Positions 1-12,980 of a DNA stretch of 64,000 nt are shown here, in pieces. Both the position numbers and the translations under genes were made by a program. The notes under the pieces are model-generated. The model had not been told where the DNA came from. It saw only the letters and a list, made by a program, of their open reading frames with translations, and ran no database searches. The stretch's first letter is position 1. Every line of letters begins with the position of its first letter. This DNA is from Catajapyx aquilonaris (lineage: Eukaryota), in the NCBI GenBank assembly GCA_000934665.2, contig KZ538135.1, positions 1 through 64,000 on the forward strand, written 5' to 3'.

Positions 1-219
1 CTTGATGGACATCGTCCTTACTGCTATAGGCAGCATATAATGCATTCATGGGCTTATTTTAATGTGCTAGTAATTAGAGTATGATTCTGAATATTTAGTG
101 CATTTATGTGCATGTTATAGGAATATAATATTTATGCATCTATACATTATGTGAATATTTTATACCCTAACAGTATGCGAATATGTTATGCACAGTAGAC
201 TATGTGAATATTTTATGTT

Positions 220-720
220 CTTACAGCATGTGAATATTTTGTGCTCTGCTTACAGCATGTGATTTTATGCTTTTACAGCATGTGAATATTTTGTTCTTAC
301 AGCATGTGAATATTTTATGCTCTTACAGCATGTGAATATTTTGTTCTTACAGCATGTGAATGTTTTATGCTCTTACAGCATGTGAATATTTTTATCCCCT
401 TACACTCTTACAGCATGTGAATGTTTTATGCTCTTACACTCTTACAGCTTGTGAATATTTTGTTCTTACAGCATGTGAATGTTTTATGCTCTTACAGCAT
501 GTGAATATTTTATGCTCTTACAGCATGTGAATATTTTATGCTCTTACAGCATGTGAATATTTTTATCCCCTTACACTCTTACAGCATGTGAATATTTTGT
601 TCATACAGCATGTGAATGTTTTATGCTCTTACAGCATGTGAATATTTTATGCTCTTACAGCATGTGAATATTTTTATCCCCTTACACTCTTACAGCATGT
701 GAATATTTTAATCACTTATT
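220..720. repeat. ~26-bp minisatellite (CTTACAGCATGTGAATATTTTATGCT)
   Basis: Direct inspection; degenerate units continue on both sides. Confidence 0.9.
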
Positions 721-1406
721 TTATTAACCGTATGTGAATATTTTAGATATTTTTTGCGCAGTATTGTAACTTTCATTCACAGTAAGTTTATGTGAATATT
801 TTACGCATTTTCCTTGATATAATGTGAATATTGTAGTGCACATCTCCATGCCACTTCATACACTACATTTAAAGTGAATAATTTTATGCATTATGCATTT
901 TGTGCCCTGGTTTTAATGCGTAAATTTTTACACCCCACCCCCCTCCCCTCCTCTATTCACAAAAAGTGACCACTCTCACGCCCTGAGCTGGCGACCTCTC
1001 CCAGCAACCCAGATCGATCCAAGCAATAAATCCTGAGCTTGAAAAACACCCCATGCTCCCGAGTGATAACCCCTACCGACAACATGGGAAACGCAGCCTA
1101 ATAGACGGCACTGTATATATGTAACGCAATTTACGCCTGTCTATTGGCCATTCAGATTTTTCAACAATCCTTTTCTCCAAAAGGCAAGTGTGGACAATGG
1201 AAACAATTTAAGACTGAACAATCAGAGAGTTCCTGCCCCTCTTTTGCTTTTGGCGTGGAAATAAAAGCCGGCAGAGGGAGGGCCCCAATAAACCCACCCT
1301 TTTCAATTTTTTTTTTAAAGTTTAAATATTTTTTTTGTTTTCTAAAAGTTCCATAAGAGAGTAGCCTGTAATTAGGCTACTGCCGCTCTAATGGACGCAG
1401 AAGGAA

Positions 1407-1677
1407 CTACTTAGGTGAGAGGAACGTGCTGGATTGCACATCAAAAAATATTTGCATCCCAAGTCGGCCTCTATTGTTGAGAAGACAATAGAAGGGGCCG
1501 AATTTTTGGCTGTCGGTTTCCGTGGAAAAATTTCCGGTCATGTTCTCACGATCCGGGACGTAGATAGAGTTGTTCTTCGGGGCCATAGTGTGAAAGACTG
1601 TCATATACTGGCCCTTTTCGAAGTGGACTGACTTCTTGCCCTGATTGTTATCGGTGGCCAACCGAATGAGGCTACAC
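1407..1677 (-). CDS. Candidate terminal exon of an unknown gene (~89 codons)
   Basis: Open frame after a plausible acceptor (gtccag|) to TAG; visibly G/C-rich third positions; no recognised homology. Confidence 0.25.
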
Positions 1678-1719
1678 CTGGACACTATGAGCAAATAAAC
1701 ACATTTAAACTATGAGTAA

Positions 1720-2400
1720 CGAAATGGGTACAAAATAGACACAAAATGGCTATGAAATTTGTTCCAAAATGGTACAAAAATTATTGGTGTAAAATGGGCA
1801 CAAAATGGGTATGAAATTAGGCACAAATTTGATACAAGATGGACACAAATTGGGTACAAAGTTAGTACAGAAATAATTTCTGTACTAACTTTGTACCCAA
1901 TTTGTGCCCAATTTGTACACAATTTTTTACCTATTCTTGTATCCAGCATTTACACCAATTTTAGACCAATTTCTGTACTAACTTTGTACCCAATTCGTGC
2001 CAAATTTGTAGACAATTTTTACATATTTTTGTATTCAGCATTTACGACCAATTTTATGTACCAATTTCTGTACTAACTTTGTACCCAATTTGTGCCCAAT
2101 TTGTACACAATTTTTACATATTTTTTGTATCCAGCATTTACACCAATTTTATACCAATTTCTGTACTAACTTTGTACCCAATTTGTGCCCATCTTGTATA
2201 AAATTTGTGCCTAATTTCATACCCATTTTGTAAGGGTTTAAAAATGGGTACAAAGTACAAAATGGTTACAAAATATGTGCAAACGGATATAAAATAGGCA
2301 CAAATAGGCACAAAATGGGTACAAAAAATTGCTGTAAAATTGGCCGTTGAAATAAGTAAAATTGAGTATAAAATGGGAACAAAATAGGCACAATGTTAGT
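1720..2400. repeat. ~95-bp tandem repeat within an inverted-repeat framework (GGGTACAAA/TTTGTACCC)
   Basis: Orientation flips at ~1873 and ~2235; units ATTTCTGTACTAACTTTGTACCCAATT. Confidence 0.85.
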
Positions 2401-5400
2401 GTAAATAGGTTTTGTACTTAAAATTCCCCGCAAATATTTTTCCAACAAATCGCTTTTTTTTCAAACGCTAATTTTCGACCAATATGAATGTAACAATTGC
2501 GAATTATCTTCTCTCTTATTTAAGTGGAAGAAGAACGAAATTACTAATTTAAATCCGCCATAATTTCCGCTTGATTTGCTCATATTTTAAAATAATTATT
2601 TTACTTGCAATATATTGCGACTGTAGATGAAAATTGATGATTATGTTCCTATAATCGCATTTTTTCTGTAATTTCAGTTAAACTTCATTGTGGCAATAGA
2701 GTTTTGTCCCGTCATGCAATGAGTCATATTTTTATGCGTCCAATAATTTTTTTTTTTTTAACGGTTCTTGATCGAAAATTTGCTCCCAACAATAATCGAG
2801 TCGTAATCGTTGCTTCTCACGCCATGTTTCAACTCACCCCTCGGTCCCCAACACACAACCTCCTCTATAATGTCATAATTAGGAAGTGTTTCTGAGGCAC
2901 GTGACTTCCAACCCCTCCGATTTGCTTGCTGCTGGGGAGAGTGGGTTGCATGGGGGCGACAACTTGGGGACCCCCAAAAACTCCCCAGCGATCTAAAGGA
3001 CACCCCTCTGTGAACGACGGTCCTAAAATTGACGAATCATTGTGCGGGATTAGAAGGATGCGAATTTACTTGAGGGGGGGGGGGGTTAATAAAAAAAATT
3101 GGTCGAATTGGTACAAAAATGGTGCAAAAATTTGTAGCCATTTTTCTAATTGATTTTAATAGTCGATTCGAGTCTATTAAATGGCGAGTCTATTTTTGCA
3201 CATTAAAATGCAAATTATTTGAAAGTGGAAGTGGATATTTAAGTGGAAGAATAAGCGGAAATGTGCTGTTCAAAAATGGGAAAATATTAGATCTTTTTCA
3301 CATTTATTATTCCCAATTATTTTAAAAGGCAAATGCTATTTAAGTGGAAAATGCTCGATCTTTCACTTTTATATTTCAGATTATTTTAAAGCGAAAAATC
3401 AATTTAAGTGGAAGAATATAAGCCTATTAAATAGTGGAAAATGTACGATTTTTTTCACACTTTATTCGTGATTACTTTTAACTGGAAAAATAAACTTAAG
3501 CGGCAAGTAGGCAGATATTTAAGCGAAAAATGCTCAAAATATTTCCCTCGCATAACAAACGGAAATTGAGTGAGTTTGTAAACGTGTCAAGGCCGGAAAG
3601 GTAACTCTAAACCTGTCGAAAGTCACCCCCTCCTTTGACTGAAAAATAAGACATGGTCACACCTGGCCATTTGGTGTGTCCATCCGGGGAGGTCAGTCCA
3701 AGCGGGGGTTGGGTTGACACAACGGTGAGGATGGTTGTACAGGTGATGGTGAAAAGGGAGTTGGGGTGGTTGGTCAGAAGGGGAGGGGGAGGACAATGGC
3801 CACAATGACACCACTTAGTCAATTCGGCTTGGGCTGTGAAAAGGCCTCCAAAATAGGGAACTTGGGCCATTTTCAGGGAGTGGATGGGAGAGGGGGGGCA
3901 GAGGTGAAAACATGACCCCCTCCTCTGAAGAAGCGGTTTCTGCCATTCAAAAAGGGACTTGTCAAGTGAGAATCCCATTCAAAAGAAGAGGAGCAACAAT
4001 GGTGGTGCTGAAGAGTACATTTTTGCAACAAAAGGGTGCGAGGCTATCCCGTATAGACGTCAGACAGAAATGAATCGCATTGTCGAAAAGTCGTACGAGA
4101 TTCATATATACAAGTAAGATTTTACACGATGAAATTCATCCAAAATCGACGTAAATAAATATATTTATTTACTTCATAAATCATCATTTAATTTTCTTCG
4201 AAGGGTCAGTTTATTGCTAAAAAAAATGCCAGTCCAATTCAGTTGGCACGCCCTTTACACCCTTCATGCTGACACTCCGTCGGCCAAAAATGAGATTGCA
4301 TAGCGATACTATCGACTTCCGCGAAGTGCAGAAAAAAAATAACCATCCATACCCGGCAGTTCTCAGCCCGCTCTGTAAACACACTTGCGCCCTGGCCATC
4401 ACCACGCCAATCTTCCCAACCTAAATATTAATTCCGACACCCATCCATATCAGTCCTCACGCAAACGACCATAGGCGGCCAAAAAACCCCCTCGTTTGAA
4501 CCCCCCCTCAACCCTCCATCATCTTTACTTACATGCTACTCCTGCTCCCAACGGGTTATAACCAATGAATAAAATAATAAGGAGATCGATACAGTATGCA
4601 GCTCTTTTTTCTTTTCATATCGGTTGCTGGGACGAACAACAAACCAAACATATCTGCTGGATATGAGGGGGGAAAGATGAAGGGAACCGATGTCTCTTGT
4701 TCCCATCTCTGTATTTTTCTTCTCTTCAAAGGGCAAACATGCCAAAATCACCTGCTCACTGTTTGTCCTATTTCGAAAAGGGGAACGAAGGAAAAGTTGG
4801 CTTGCGTCATGGAGGATGGAGGATCAGGCAGAAGTGGAAGCCTTCGCCTTAGAAAACCCCTGCTTCAACAATCCTCTCCACTTCTAGCAGGCTCCCTCTA
4901 GAGGGGGGGATTTTCCAGAGAGTCAGCCTGCAAAGAGGGGAGAAACAAAAATGGCGGAGAAAAAACAAACCCACAGAAGTGATTGTCACATTTGGTTCAG
5001 ACACACAAGGGATGGAAGAAAACTATAGGCTGTATTCCTCCATATTGTTGGAAAATTAAACAATCGCCGTAAATTCAACGCATTCTTCAATTACGCTAAT
5101 TGGCCACCTAATATGAGTTCGTATTGTATGGTCATTCCGGGATTTTGTGGGATACAATTATATATATGCACCTCTTTAGCTTAACAATCTGACGGAAATG
5201 TGTCACAAATGGTGTCGTCGGAACTTTGACTTCCATTGATTTCCGATGCTGAAAGCAGGGGTTGAAGGTACTAGCATCATCATCATCATGGTCATCATCA
5301 TCCGGAGCCGGGACGGACAGACACGCCAAGGAATTCTCATGGGAGTCATGCTGGGCACGACATCACCCAGTAGTAGTGTATGGGAGGGATACACCCCTGT

Positions 5401-5707
5401 CCCCCCCTGCACCCCTCCACCATTCCGAAGGGACTCACTGGCTTTGCCGGGTAATCAACTCAATCTGGAGGGTTGGAAAATGGGGGAAAACCGCCTGCGG
5501 GGGCACAACCACGTGCCCAAACAGCAGGCCCTACCGCCACTCGCGGTTAATGAATTAAAACACTGGGTCCCCCCCAAAAAAGGAGCCAACTGTCGTCCCC
5601 TCAGACCGACACAGTGCCCCCCCTCACAATATCCATTTTGGCACCATTTGTTGGTCTCAATTACATATCAACCCGGATTTGTACTGAATTCTCGTCAGAG
5701 TTGACTC

Positions 5708-6087
5708 TTGGTCAGCCCTGGAAAGCTCAGTCTGCTGGTAACACCGGTCAGCCTGGTAACACTGGTCAGCCCTGGAAAGTTCAGCCTGGTAACCCTGCTC
5801 AGCTCGGTAACACCGGTCAGCCTGGTAACACTGGGCAGCCCTGGGAAGTTCAGCCTGGTAACCCCGCTCACCTGATATAAACACCGGTCAGCCTGGTAAC
5901 ACTGGTCAGCCCTGGAAAGTTCAGCCTGGTAACCCTGCTCAGCCTGGTAACACCGCTCAGTCTGGTAACACTAGTCAGCCCTGGAAAGCTCCGCCTGGTA
6001 ACTCTGCTCAGCCTGGTAACACCGCTCAGCCTGGTAACACTGGTCAGCCCTGGCAAGCTCAGCCTGGTAACCCTGGTAGCCTGGTAA
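5708..6087. repeat. GC-rich 18-bp-based minisatellite (CAGCCTGGTAACAC..) with higher-order units
   Basis: Direct inspection; explains the repetitive ORFs on both strands. Confidence 0.85.
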
Positions 6088-6729
6088 ACTCGCAAAATCA
6101 GACCAATTTCGGCCATGATGGGAGGTAGGCATGTGAAGCTCAGTTAAAGCTTCATCTGACGCAATATCTCCAGAGGACAGTAAACACCATCTGGCGGCCA
6201 TGATGAACCGTGAAGATGAGACCAGATCCTGTCACACAAATCAAATCCTCCGATTGTTCTAGGCCTCCACAAATCATCTAAGTGGCCCAACCAAGAGATT
6301 CGACACAAAAAAGTTTGGGGAAGTCTGTCACCCTCTGCACCCCCCTAGGGTGTCCCCCTGGTGGGCTAATGGCGACCTAGGACCAGGGAGTCTGAAACAT
6401 ATTCCATGTAACATATTGACTGGATCTGGGGGTGGGGTGGGAGTGATAATGCAATTACAGGACCCCTGGTGATGGATCTGCTTTTTCTCTTCACGGTTCT
6501 GGCTAATGGTCATTAAGTCAAGGACTGCCTGCTGGTTAGATGGCAGCACTGATGTGAGGGGGTTAATGACTCTAAGTACGAGCAAGTATGGACACCTCGT
6601 GACTAAGTTATAGGTAAAAATAGCAAGGGGTTACCTTACAAATTGGCACAGCCACAATAACGTTCGTTGGCACAATTCGGACAGCAATGTTGGAGAATAA
6701 GCAAAAATTATCACGCAATGCGACATACC

Positions 6730-7010
6730 TTTAGTGGGGGGCTTAACGTCGGCCTATTTCTGCCGCTAGGCTCAACACCGACACCAGGGGGTGGTCCTCC
6801 TCCTGGAAATTTAGCAACTCCGGGGATCTTTAACGTGCACTCGCGCAATGTCACAAGCACACGGGACCGACGGCTTTACTTCCCCTCCGAAGGAAGGCGC
6901 ACTCTCACTTTTCTACCACCCGGAGAAAAGTCACCGACCTCGGCCGGGTTCGAACCCAGAACTTTGGGTCTAGAGGCGAGCGCGCTAACCACCAGACCAC
7001 CAGCGCCGGC
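6730..7010 (-). mobile_element. tRNA-derived SINE with Deu/Nin-like central domain
   Basis: Minus strand has A box TGGTCTGGTGG, B box GGTTCGAACCC and core CCTTCGGAGGGGAAGTAAAGCCGTCGGTCCC...GCACGTTAAAGATCCC. TSD AATGCGACATACC at 6717-6729 and 7011-7023. Confidence 0.88.
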
Positions 7011-7894
7011 AATGCGACATACCGTGCCTGGCATGGCCATGAAGCGGACAATACTGGTACGGTCACCCCAAAACCATATACTGATGACCGGGATACACAA
7101 ATATCATCACGTCATTCGACATATCGTGCCTGGCAGGGCCATAAGACGGACAGTACTGGTACAGTCACCCCAAAACATTGCAGATAAGACCAACACACAT
7201 CGTTGTAGGATATACACAAAAATCACCCCATGCTACACACCGTGCCTGGCAGGGCCATCAAGCGGACAGTACTGGTACGGTCACCCCAAAACCATCCAGC
7301 TGACACCAACACTGATTATTTTGTGATCCATCCTATTTTGTGCCCTCTTAATCAACCCCCTCCTGTTGCCTATGACCTCTCGTCCCCTTCAAAAAAAACA
7401 CGCCAGTCATTGTCCCCTCGACTTCAATCACCTTCGACCTCCCTAGTCCTCCCACATTCATCAGGCATCAAATCTTGTTCACTTGACTGCAAGCATTTTT
7501 CGCCATTTTCCTCCCCCCCCCCTCTCTCTCACTCACCCCAGCACCCTCCACTAGCAACCCATGGTCCTTTTATTCCAAATGGCGGAACCTCCAAATGAGA
7601 GCGAGTGTTGTAGAGAGAGAGAAAAATTGGGAACCACATCAATGGACTGATTGCAATGGGCCTCTGGAAAATCATGAAGTTCGGAGAGGGGTAGGTGGGG
7701 GAGGGGGGTATATACAAAAGAGCTTTGATGTACCGGCGTCGAGGGGGTATGACAATGGGAGATGCTCCCCAAAAGGAGTCATGAAGTAGTGCGGAGTAAC
7801 AATTAACCTAAATGGAAATGGGTCTAAGGCTTGATTGGACTGCTGCAAGACTGAACATGTTAAGTCCAAGTATACGTTACATTAGTTTTAAATG

Positions 7895-8620
7895 TCACGT
7901 TGTCACGTATATGTATACGTGTAATATAATATATATTTTTAAGTGTGTAACGTCTACGTACACGTAGCATTTTATTAGAACGTCGCGTCTATAATATACG
8001 TATACGTTACTTTTGGTGGGAATGACATGTTTACGTATAGGCTGTACGTTGCATTGGATAAGAATGTCGCCTCTACATCTATGTAACATTTGTTTAGAAT
8101 GTCACGTCTACGTATACGTAACATTTTATGTCACGTCTGGGTATACGTAACATTTGTTTAGCATCACGTCTACGTCTACGTAACATTTGTTTAAACATCA
8201 CGTTTACGTATTCGTAACATTTGTTTAGAACATCACGTTTACGTATTCGTAACATTTGTTTAGAACATCATGTTTACGTATTCGTAACATTTGTTTAGAA
8301 CATCACGTCTACGTCTACGTAACATTTGTTTAGAACATCACGTCTACGTATACGTAACATTTTGTCACGTCTACGTAGACGTCACGTTCTAAACAAATGT
8401 AACCTACACATAAACAAATGTTACGTATACGGACACGCAACATTTGATTAGAATGTCACGTCTACGTCTACGTAACATATAACATTTGACGTAGAAACTG
8501 AAGAACGTACGTAACGTTCTGAACTTTAGAATGTCACGTCTTCTCTACATAACATTTGTGTATAGAATATAGTGTCATGTCTACGTAAATGTAATGTAAT
8601 ACATTTTTGACAACCATACG
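7895..8620. repeat. ~35-bp ACGT-rich minisatellite (CATCACGTTTACGTATTCGTAACATTTGTTTAGAA)
   Basis: Direct inspection; some units inverted. Confidence 0.8.
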
Positions 8621-9524
8621 TATACACGTCCCAATGAAACATACAATCAGTGCAACTAACCAGCATAAGTCACGTCCATTGCACACCACAACCCACCGTG
8701 CCCCTTTCCCCCAAAATTCCAGGAAACATCAGCAAGCACAATAGACAAAACGGTGACGTTATGACCATATGCACGCAGACGTACAACACGCATCATCATC
8801 CCTCCCCATACCTCATGACCGTGTAATGAGGGCCGAAAGAACAAGAGGAAATTACACGTGTGGTCAGCTCATGTGGTGGCCACACGTGCTTCCCTTTTTT
8901 TCGGTTGGGGGGTTATGGGTGTAGATATGTACGTCACGACACGAACACCCGCTCTATGTAGATGGCGGTGGTGATAATGAAAAATGTTGACGAAGGGAGT
9001 TGACTGTGCGATCAATGGCTCTGCTCACGTGAGTGACTCCCCCCAATACAACAGCACAAGGGAGGGGGGGATCACTCCGGATGGAACATCGGTCTCAGGA
9101 GGGCCCAAAAGGTATACTAGGACGCACGATATGGGACAGATGGACACTATGCTTGGAAATATTCATATTAATATACCCTGTTACAAACAAGTCAATGCTA
9201 CCCACTACGGACAACCAGCGATTGGGCAAGGCATGTCTACAGTGACATCCTAACTTCCTCCCCTAAATATCCAGTGTAGTGCTAAGTTAGCAGTGACTAG
9301 CAGTGGGACGAAGTGTTCATTATCTTTGTGTATTATTTTAAATGCTATATTTTTACTAAATTTTTTAAAAAGCTTTACCCCATTAGAGGGAACAGAGCCC
9401 TTTTAGGGGGGTGGATTACCACCATTTTTTCTTACGAAATTTCTTCGCATTTATTTTTAATAAGTTTTACTGGCCTATTTTGATTATTTGAATACAAAAT
9501 TTAATTTTATTAATTTAAGTACAT

Positions 9525-9810
9525 AATAATAATTCATACTCCGTTATCAGCCGGCGCGGCGGCTCTTTAGGGGGGATATTGTTTTGACTGGAACTCTTCG
9601 TTTCGTTTTTACTGCGCTTTTTGGGATAGGATAGGAAAGGAAGGAGGCGGCTGTGGCCTATTAGTTTAGGAAACAACTCCGGAATTCTCCTGGAGGAACC
9701 GTGGGAAACCACAGAAAACCACGGTTAGAGTTGCCGGCACCGGGATTCGAACCCAGGACCTCCCGATTAGCAGTCGGATATCATATCCCCTCCGCCACCA
9801 CTGCTTCGGT
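9525..9810 (-). mobile_element. tRNA-derived SINE (second family), (ATT)n tail
   Basis: Minus strand has B box GGTTCGAATCCC and core GTGGTTTTCTGTGGTTTCCC...AGGCCACAGCCGC. TSD TAATTTAAGTACAT at 9511-9524 and 9811-9824. Confidence 0.88.
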
Positions 9811-10794
9811 TAATTTAAGTACATGATTTTAATGTTACTTTAAATGCACGACTTTATTATATTATTTTAAACACATATATTTAATTATATTACTGCACTA
9901 GTAATTATTGCTATTAATAAATATTCAGGAGTATGTAATACATTACTGGTTGTAGCTAGGGCCCCGGTGTCCCCCTTAAAACAGATGGCGCCAGAGTCTC
10001 CCGGACATCCCCGAAAATGAAGTTAGCCGTCCGGAAACGTGACAGTTTAAACTCTTGTCACATCTGCACTGTATTCATCCATGTTGGCCCGAGCCTGGTT
10101 TAAATTAGTCCCGACCCATGTCCCGGTGAGGCGAGGTGTCCAAATCTTCCGGTTGTAACCGCATTAACCAGCAGTTAATGCGTGTTGCATTTTGATTGCG
10201 GTCTGAATTATTGCCAACCCTGTTTTTGTGGCCCCCTCCCCCCCCCCTCTTCCCCCCCCCCCCTGCGCAGATGGGATGAAACCATTTTTCTCTCTTCATT
10301 TTTTACTCTAGTATCTAATAGATATACAAACACCGGTTAGTTCATCACGCTTGACGGATAATCAATGCTCATACGGTCCCCCCCCCTTTATACTACCGGT
10401 GCACCCTAGGTTTTAACACTAATTAACCACCTACAGGAGGTGCAAGGCGGCAAGATGGCGGATGACGTCATTGGGCAAGGTCAAGAGGGCATCGACCTCG
10501 AAGCTGAAGGTCAGTAAACGTCACGCTCAAAAATGGCCCATAGCACCGCTAAATCACTATTTATTTATTTAATGACATAAGTTTTATTTTATTGCATTAT
10601 ATTTATTTTATTCGTGTACTTGTTAATTGACTTTGTTGGTATTTATTGGTTCCCTAATGCATTTATTTTCATTATTATTTAATAGTAATTTTTAAATATA
10701 ATTTGACATATTATTTTAATGTCATCATTTAAAAATATTGCCATATAAACACTTTAATCGTGATGTGTTTTGTTACTAATTATTTACACGTGAT

Positions 10795-11030
10795 TTATTT
10801 TATTCCAATTTTAATTTCATGTAATTTCAATATATTTTATTCCAATTTTAATTTCATGTAATTTCAATATATTTTATTCCAATTTTAATTTCATGTAATT
10901 TCAATATATTTTATTCCAATTTTAATTTCGTGTAATTTCAATATATTTTATTCCAATTTTAATTTCATGTAATTTCAATATATTTTATTCCAATTTTAAT
11001 TTCATGTCATTTCAAAACATTTTATTTTAT
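10795..11030. repeat. 37-bp AT-rich tandem repeat
   Basis: ATTTTATTCCAATTTTAATTTCATGTAATTTCAATAT, about six copies. Confidence 0.9.
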
Positions 11031-11929
11031 TTCAATTTAATTTAAATTTATTTGGTTGTACTGTAATTTAAATTAGATTAATTTTTGAGCTTTAATTTAA
11101 TTTAAATTTATTTGGTTTTACTATAATTTAAATTAAATATATTTTGAGTTTTAATATTAATTCCCTTTTGATTTAATTTTAATTTCATTGCGATTTTGCA
11201 CATTCAAGCTGGCTGACGAGTGACATCATACTCTCAAGGTCAACCCAATCCAAAATGGCTCCCATGACGCCACCAGTGTAGCCAACCTGACCCAAGGTCA
11301 CCAATCCAGACCAGTGCTTTCCTGTGGGGTGCGAACCCTGTAGCCTTCCTTGGGTCAACAAGGATGGCGACAAGGGCCAAAAAGGCAGGTCAGCCGAGTT
11401 CAAAGTTGGCTAGACTCGCACAGCATCGAGGTCAGGATTTGCATAAGTAGGAAATCCAATGGCGAAAGGAGGCTGCTGGGTAGGGGAGAGGTGGGCTTTT
11501 CCTAAGCTTTGGGATGGAGATCTCTCGGCCATGTTTGCTCACTTCAACCTCCTCCTCCTCCTCCTCTCCCCACTTGCACATTCAGCTTCCCTCTCTGTGC
11601 CCATCAGGCCGTGAAAAGGCAGCCGGGCGTGCCATAGAAGGGGGGGGGGAGGGGGGTATATAACCCTCCCTCTTTTCCAACCCACTCCTATGTTAGTAAC
11701 CCCATGGAAAAGCACAAGAAACTATTACTACAACTCGACCACTCACAGGGCCTCGGACCACACAACTTTTTACAAGTTTTTTTTTTTTCAGTCGCCATTT
11801 TTGGGCAGAGTGCAAATACTGGCTCAAAAACTGGGAAAAAGTTGGGAGTAGCTTTCAGAAAATTTTGGGGTGGTGATAGGGTTGTTTTTTGGGGGGAAAA
11901 GTTTTGATGTTGGAGAGTGATGTCATATT

Positions 11930-12600
11930 GTAATTTTCATCTTCGCCTTATTCACTATCATTTTCATCACCTTCATATTTTACATGATCTTCATCTTCAC
12001 CTTATTCACTATCATTCTCACTATCATCATCACCGGCCATCGTCATGATTTTTACTATCATCATCGTCGGCATTATTTTACCATCGTCATCGCCATCATC
12101 ATTCTACTTTCATGTTATTCGTCGTCATCATCTTACTACCATGATAGTCTTCATCTTCACTTTTTGCACACTGTAATATTCACTATCATCATTACTATCT
12201 TCACATTGTCATCATTTTTACTATCATCGCCTCTCCGTCATCATCATACTATCGTCATCATCGTCATATTCACTTTTTCCACTATAATTTCCACTATCAT
12301 TACCTTCACAATCATCATATCATTCATCATGATCGTCATTTTACTATCGTCATCATCGCCATCGCCATTTTTACTATCGTCAGCTTCCATTTTTCTACTA
12401 TAATTTCCACTATCATCACCTTCACAATCATTACTTTCCTCCTCCTCGACATCATCATTTTACTATAGTCATCCTCATCGTCAATTTGCTATCGTCATAT
12501 TCGTCACTTTCGCCACTACAATTTTCACAATCATCATTACTTTCCTCCTCTCATTACCATTATTTTGACTATCCTCACATCGTCGTCATCATCACATAAA
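11930..12600. repeat. (CAT)-rich low-complexity tract
   Basis: Degenerate CATCAT/ACTATC runs; source of the Ile/Thr-rich spurious ORF. Confidence 0.8.
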
Positions 12601-12947
12601 CAACTTCCACCTTGCTCGAGTGCTGACGGTCGCACAACAGGATACCATTGCCTGAAACCTTATTTTGAACTTACAACACTTCATTAACCTTCCTTTCTAG
12701 CGTGAAATGTAAGCTATCAAGTTCTTATAATCCGGATCCGCTTACAAGCATGGCTTCTCCCCCCTTTCCTACATCAAAAATGGCTGAATCAATGTGATTC
12801 ATGGATCATTCGTTGTTGTTTTATATGCCCAGATTATAATCTCGGATTACCTAACTAGCAGGTGCTGGGCAGAGGGGAACGATTAAGCGCCACGTTACAA
12901 TCCAATAATCACGAATACTCTGTACCCATGGTATCCCTCCCTCGGCG

Positions 12948-12980
<33 letters not shown>

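Noticed and set aside
5614..6201. ORFs with GNTGQP / YQAE / VTRL repeats resembling structural proteins
   Set aside because: Open on both strands in several frames because of an 18-bp stop-poor minisatellite; no splice context.
6930..7010. tRNA gene
   Set aside because: A/B boxes are present but continue into a SINE body with TSDs; the same applies to 9740-9810 and 43170-43240.
11984..12403. 139-aa hydrophobic ORF
   Set aside because: Translation of CAT-rich low-complexity DNA.
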